This document shows, piece after piece, positions 34,211 through 35,740 of a DNA stretch of 35,740 bases (its first letter is position 1; each line of letters opens with the position of its first letter). Both the position numbers and the translations under genes were made by a program. The stretch is from assembly GCF_006345805.1 (NCBI RefSeq), contig NW_021826227.1, forward strand, positions 1 to 35,740, read 5' to 3'. Origin of the DNA: Octopus sinensis (Eukaryota). The notes under the pieces were generated by a model, which searched no databases, was not told where the DNA came from, and saw only the letters and a list, made by a program, of their open reading frames with translations.

Positions 34211-35740
34211 ACTATCAATCTATCTATCTATCTATCTATCTACCTATATATCTACATATCTATCTATCTATCTGGAACGAGATAACGAGTAGGGTGGTCA
34301 CTCTCGCCCAGCAATGGGCCGAGAGGAAGGTGTCCCTAAAAGGTCGGGCGGAGGTGGCGAACGCCTACATCGCGTCCATCATCTACTACCGCCTGACCGT
34401 CGTACCTTGTCCCGACCCTACCATCACCAAACTAGAACGCATCCTCTTCCACTTCTTGTGGAAAGATGCGTCCCGATGGTCAGGCGATCCATTTGCTGCC
34501 AACACCCATTAAAAGAAGGGCTGGGATGCCGTGGTTGATGATGCGCAGACACGCGCTGAGACTGCGACATGTCCGGCTCTATGTAGACGACGGTGAACAG
34601 GTGTGGTCACCGTTTGTGAGGCACGCATTCCCGCAACTCGTCTCCATGACGAACAACAGTCGTGGGGCAAAAAGAGGCCGAGGAAGGGCGAATGGCACCG
34701 CGAGTGTCGCGTTGCTCTCAAGAAACTCTGCCGTCCAGGTCGACCTTGAGTGACTTCAACACAACCAAAGAAAAGAATCTATAGGGGATTAGTGGAGGGG
34801 AGGTACGACGACGATCTGGGGGAAACCTGGGCGTCGACGAGGAATACCTGACCCGCCTGACTTTCAGCCCGGGACCTAGGACAACTTCTAGAGATCCCTG
34901 GCCTGGCGGTGCTACCGAGAAGCGCTACCCGTTCGGGATAAGCTCTATAGGCATGGCTCGAAGAAACACGGGGCCGACCTGCCTGAGATGCAGGCAGAGC
35001 GACGAAAACCGCTCTGCACGCAATCGTTCAGTGTCCAGCAATTTCTACCTGTGGGCTTATGTCGAACGATGCTGTCACGTGTGGGACGTGTCGGTTTATC
35101 AGCCGAGTCTATCGTTAATATCGTCACGCCTCCTTCCTTCAAAAGGAAAGGAAGAGCTATTTTATCATACTTGTGGCTATGGCGAAAGAATGTATCTGGT
35201 GGACGCGCCCGAAAGGATTGGAGACAAACACTTTCCTCTCTGGTCAATCTCTCATCAACTTCTTCAAGTATCACATGAAGAGGAGGAAGTGAGAGTAGAG
35301 AGGCAAATTTTGATAGCGAATGATTTAAAAAAAGATGGGTGAATGTAGCAAGGATGGCACGTATGAATGACGAAGCCACCTTGACTATGATTCTATGAAC
35401 CGTAAAAATTAATACAGAGAGTTGCTTATTTGCAAAAAAAATTAAAAGAAAGAAATATAACATGTGACTTCATTGACCGAGGTTACCGTGGTCTTTCCGT
35501 AGGCTTTTCTTTACACTTCATATTGACATTTCTGTGATTACGATCCCTATTGATCAACTTTTTTTTCCTCTCCCTTTCCTTTTATTTTTTTCCCTCTCCC
35601 CCTTTTTAAAAAAATCCTCCCCTTTTTTTGTCCTCATTCTTTCCTTTTACGATCCCTTTGATCGAAACCCAACCCCCTTTTTTACCCCCAAAAGAAAAGC
35701 TCTACCTTGTAATTTGTTCTATCTGTGTGCAGCCCTGTTT
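33171..35740 (+). repeat. Segmental duplication block X, copy 3 (runs off the window)
   Basis: Colinear with X1 and X2. Confidence 0.93.
34273..35740 (+). mobile_element. Tx1-clade LINE lineage A, third copy
   Basis: Same 5' truncation inside (TATC)n. Confidence 0.92.

Overview
AT-rich, repeat-dense animal (non-prokaryotic) DNA. The SINE and repeat content points to an octopus genome (inference from recalled octopus tRNA-SINE families). No intact host protein-coding gene is supported; most listed ORFs are microsatellite or transposon read-throughs. Layout: a ~171-bp satellite array (1-1697) with a 4-monomer higher-order pattern, then a GA-rich ~130-bp minisatellite, then decayed CR1, hAT and SINE fragments. 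From ~10.1 kb there is a mosaic segmental duplication X1-Y1-X2-Z-Y2-X3 carrying three Tx1-clade LINE lineages, a Penelope GIY-YIG remnant and MITEs. The most notable signal is a set of mutually dissimilar type I hammerhead ribozyme motifs on the + strand. Two have intact cores (23174-23257, 26467-26560) and several are degenerate. One intact motif sits in a ~500-nt non-coding unit whose adjacent inverted copy reads across the unit's end-to-start junction, as expected from a circular or multimeric RNA template (retrozyme/Penelope pLTR-like). A Tx1 LINE embedded in a (TATC)n microsatellite is a second lead.
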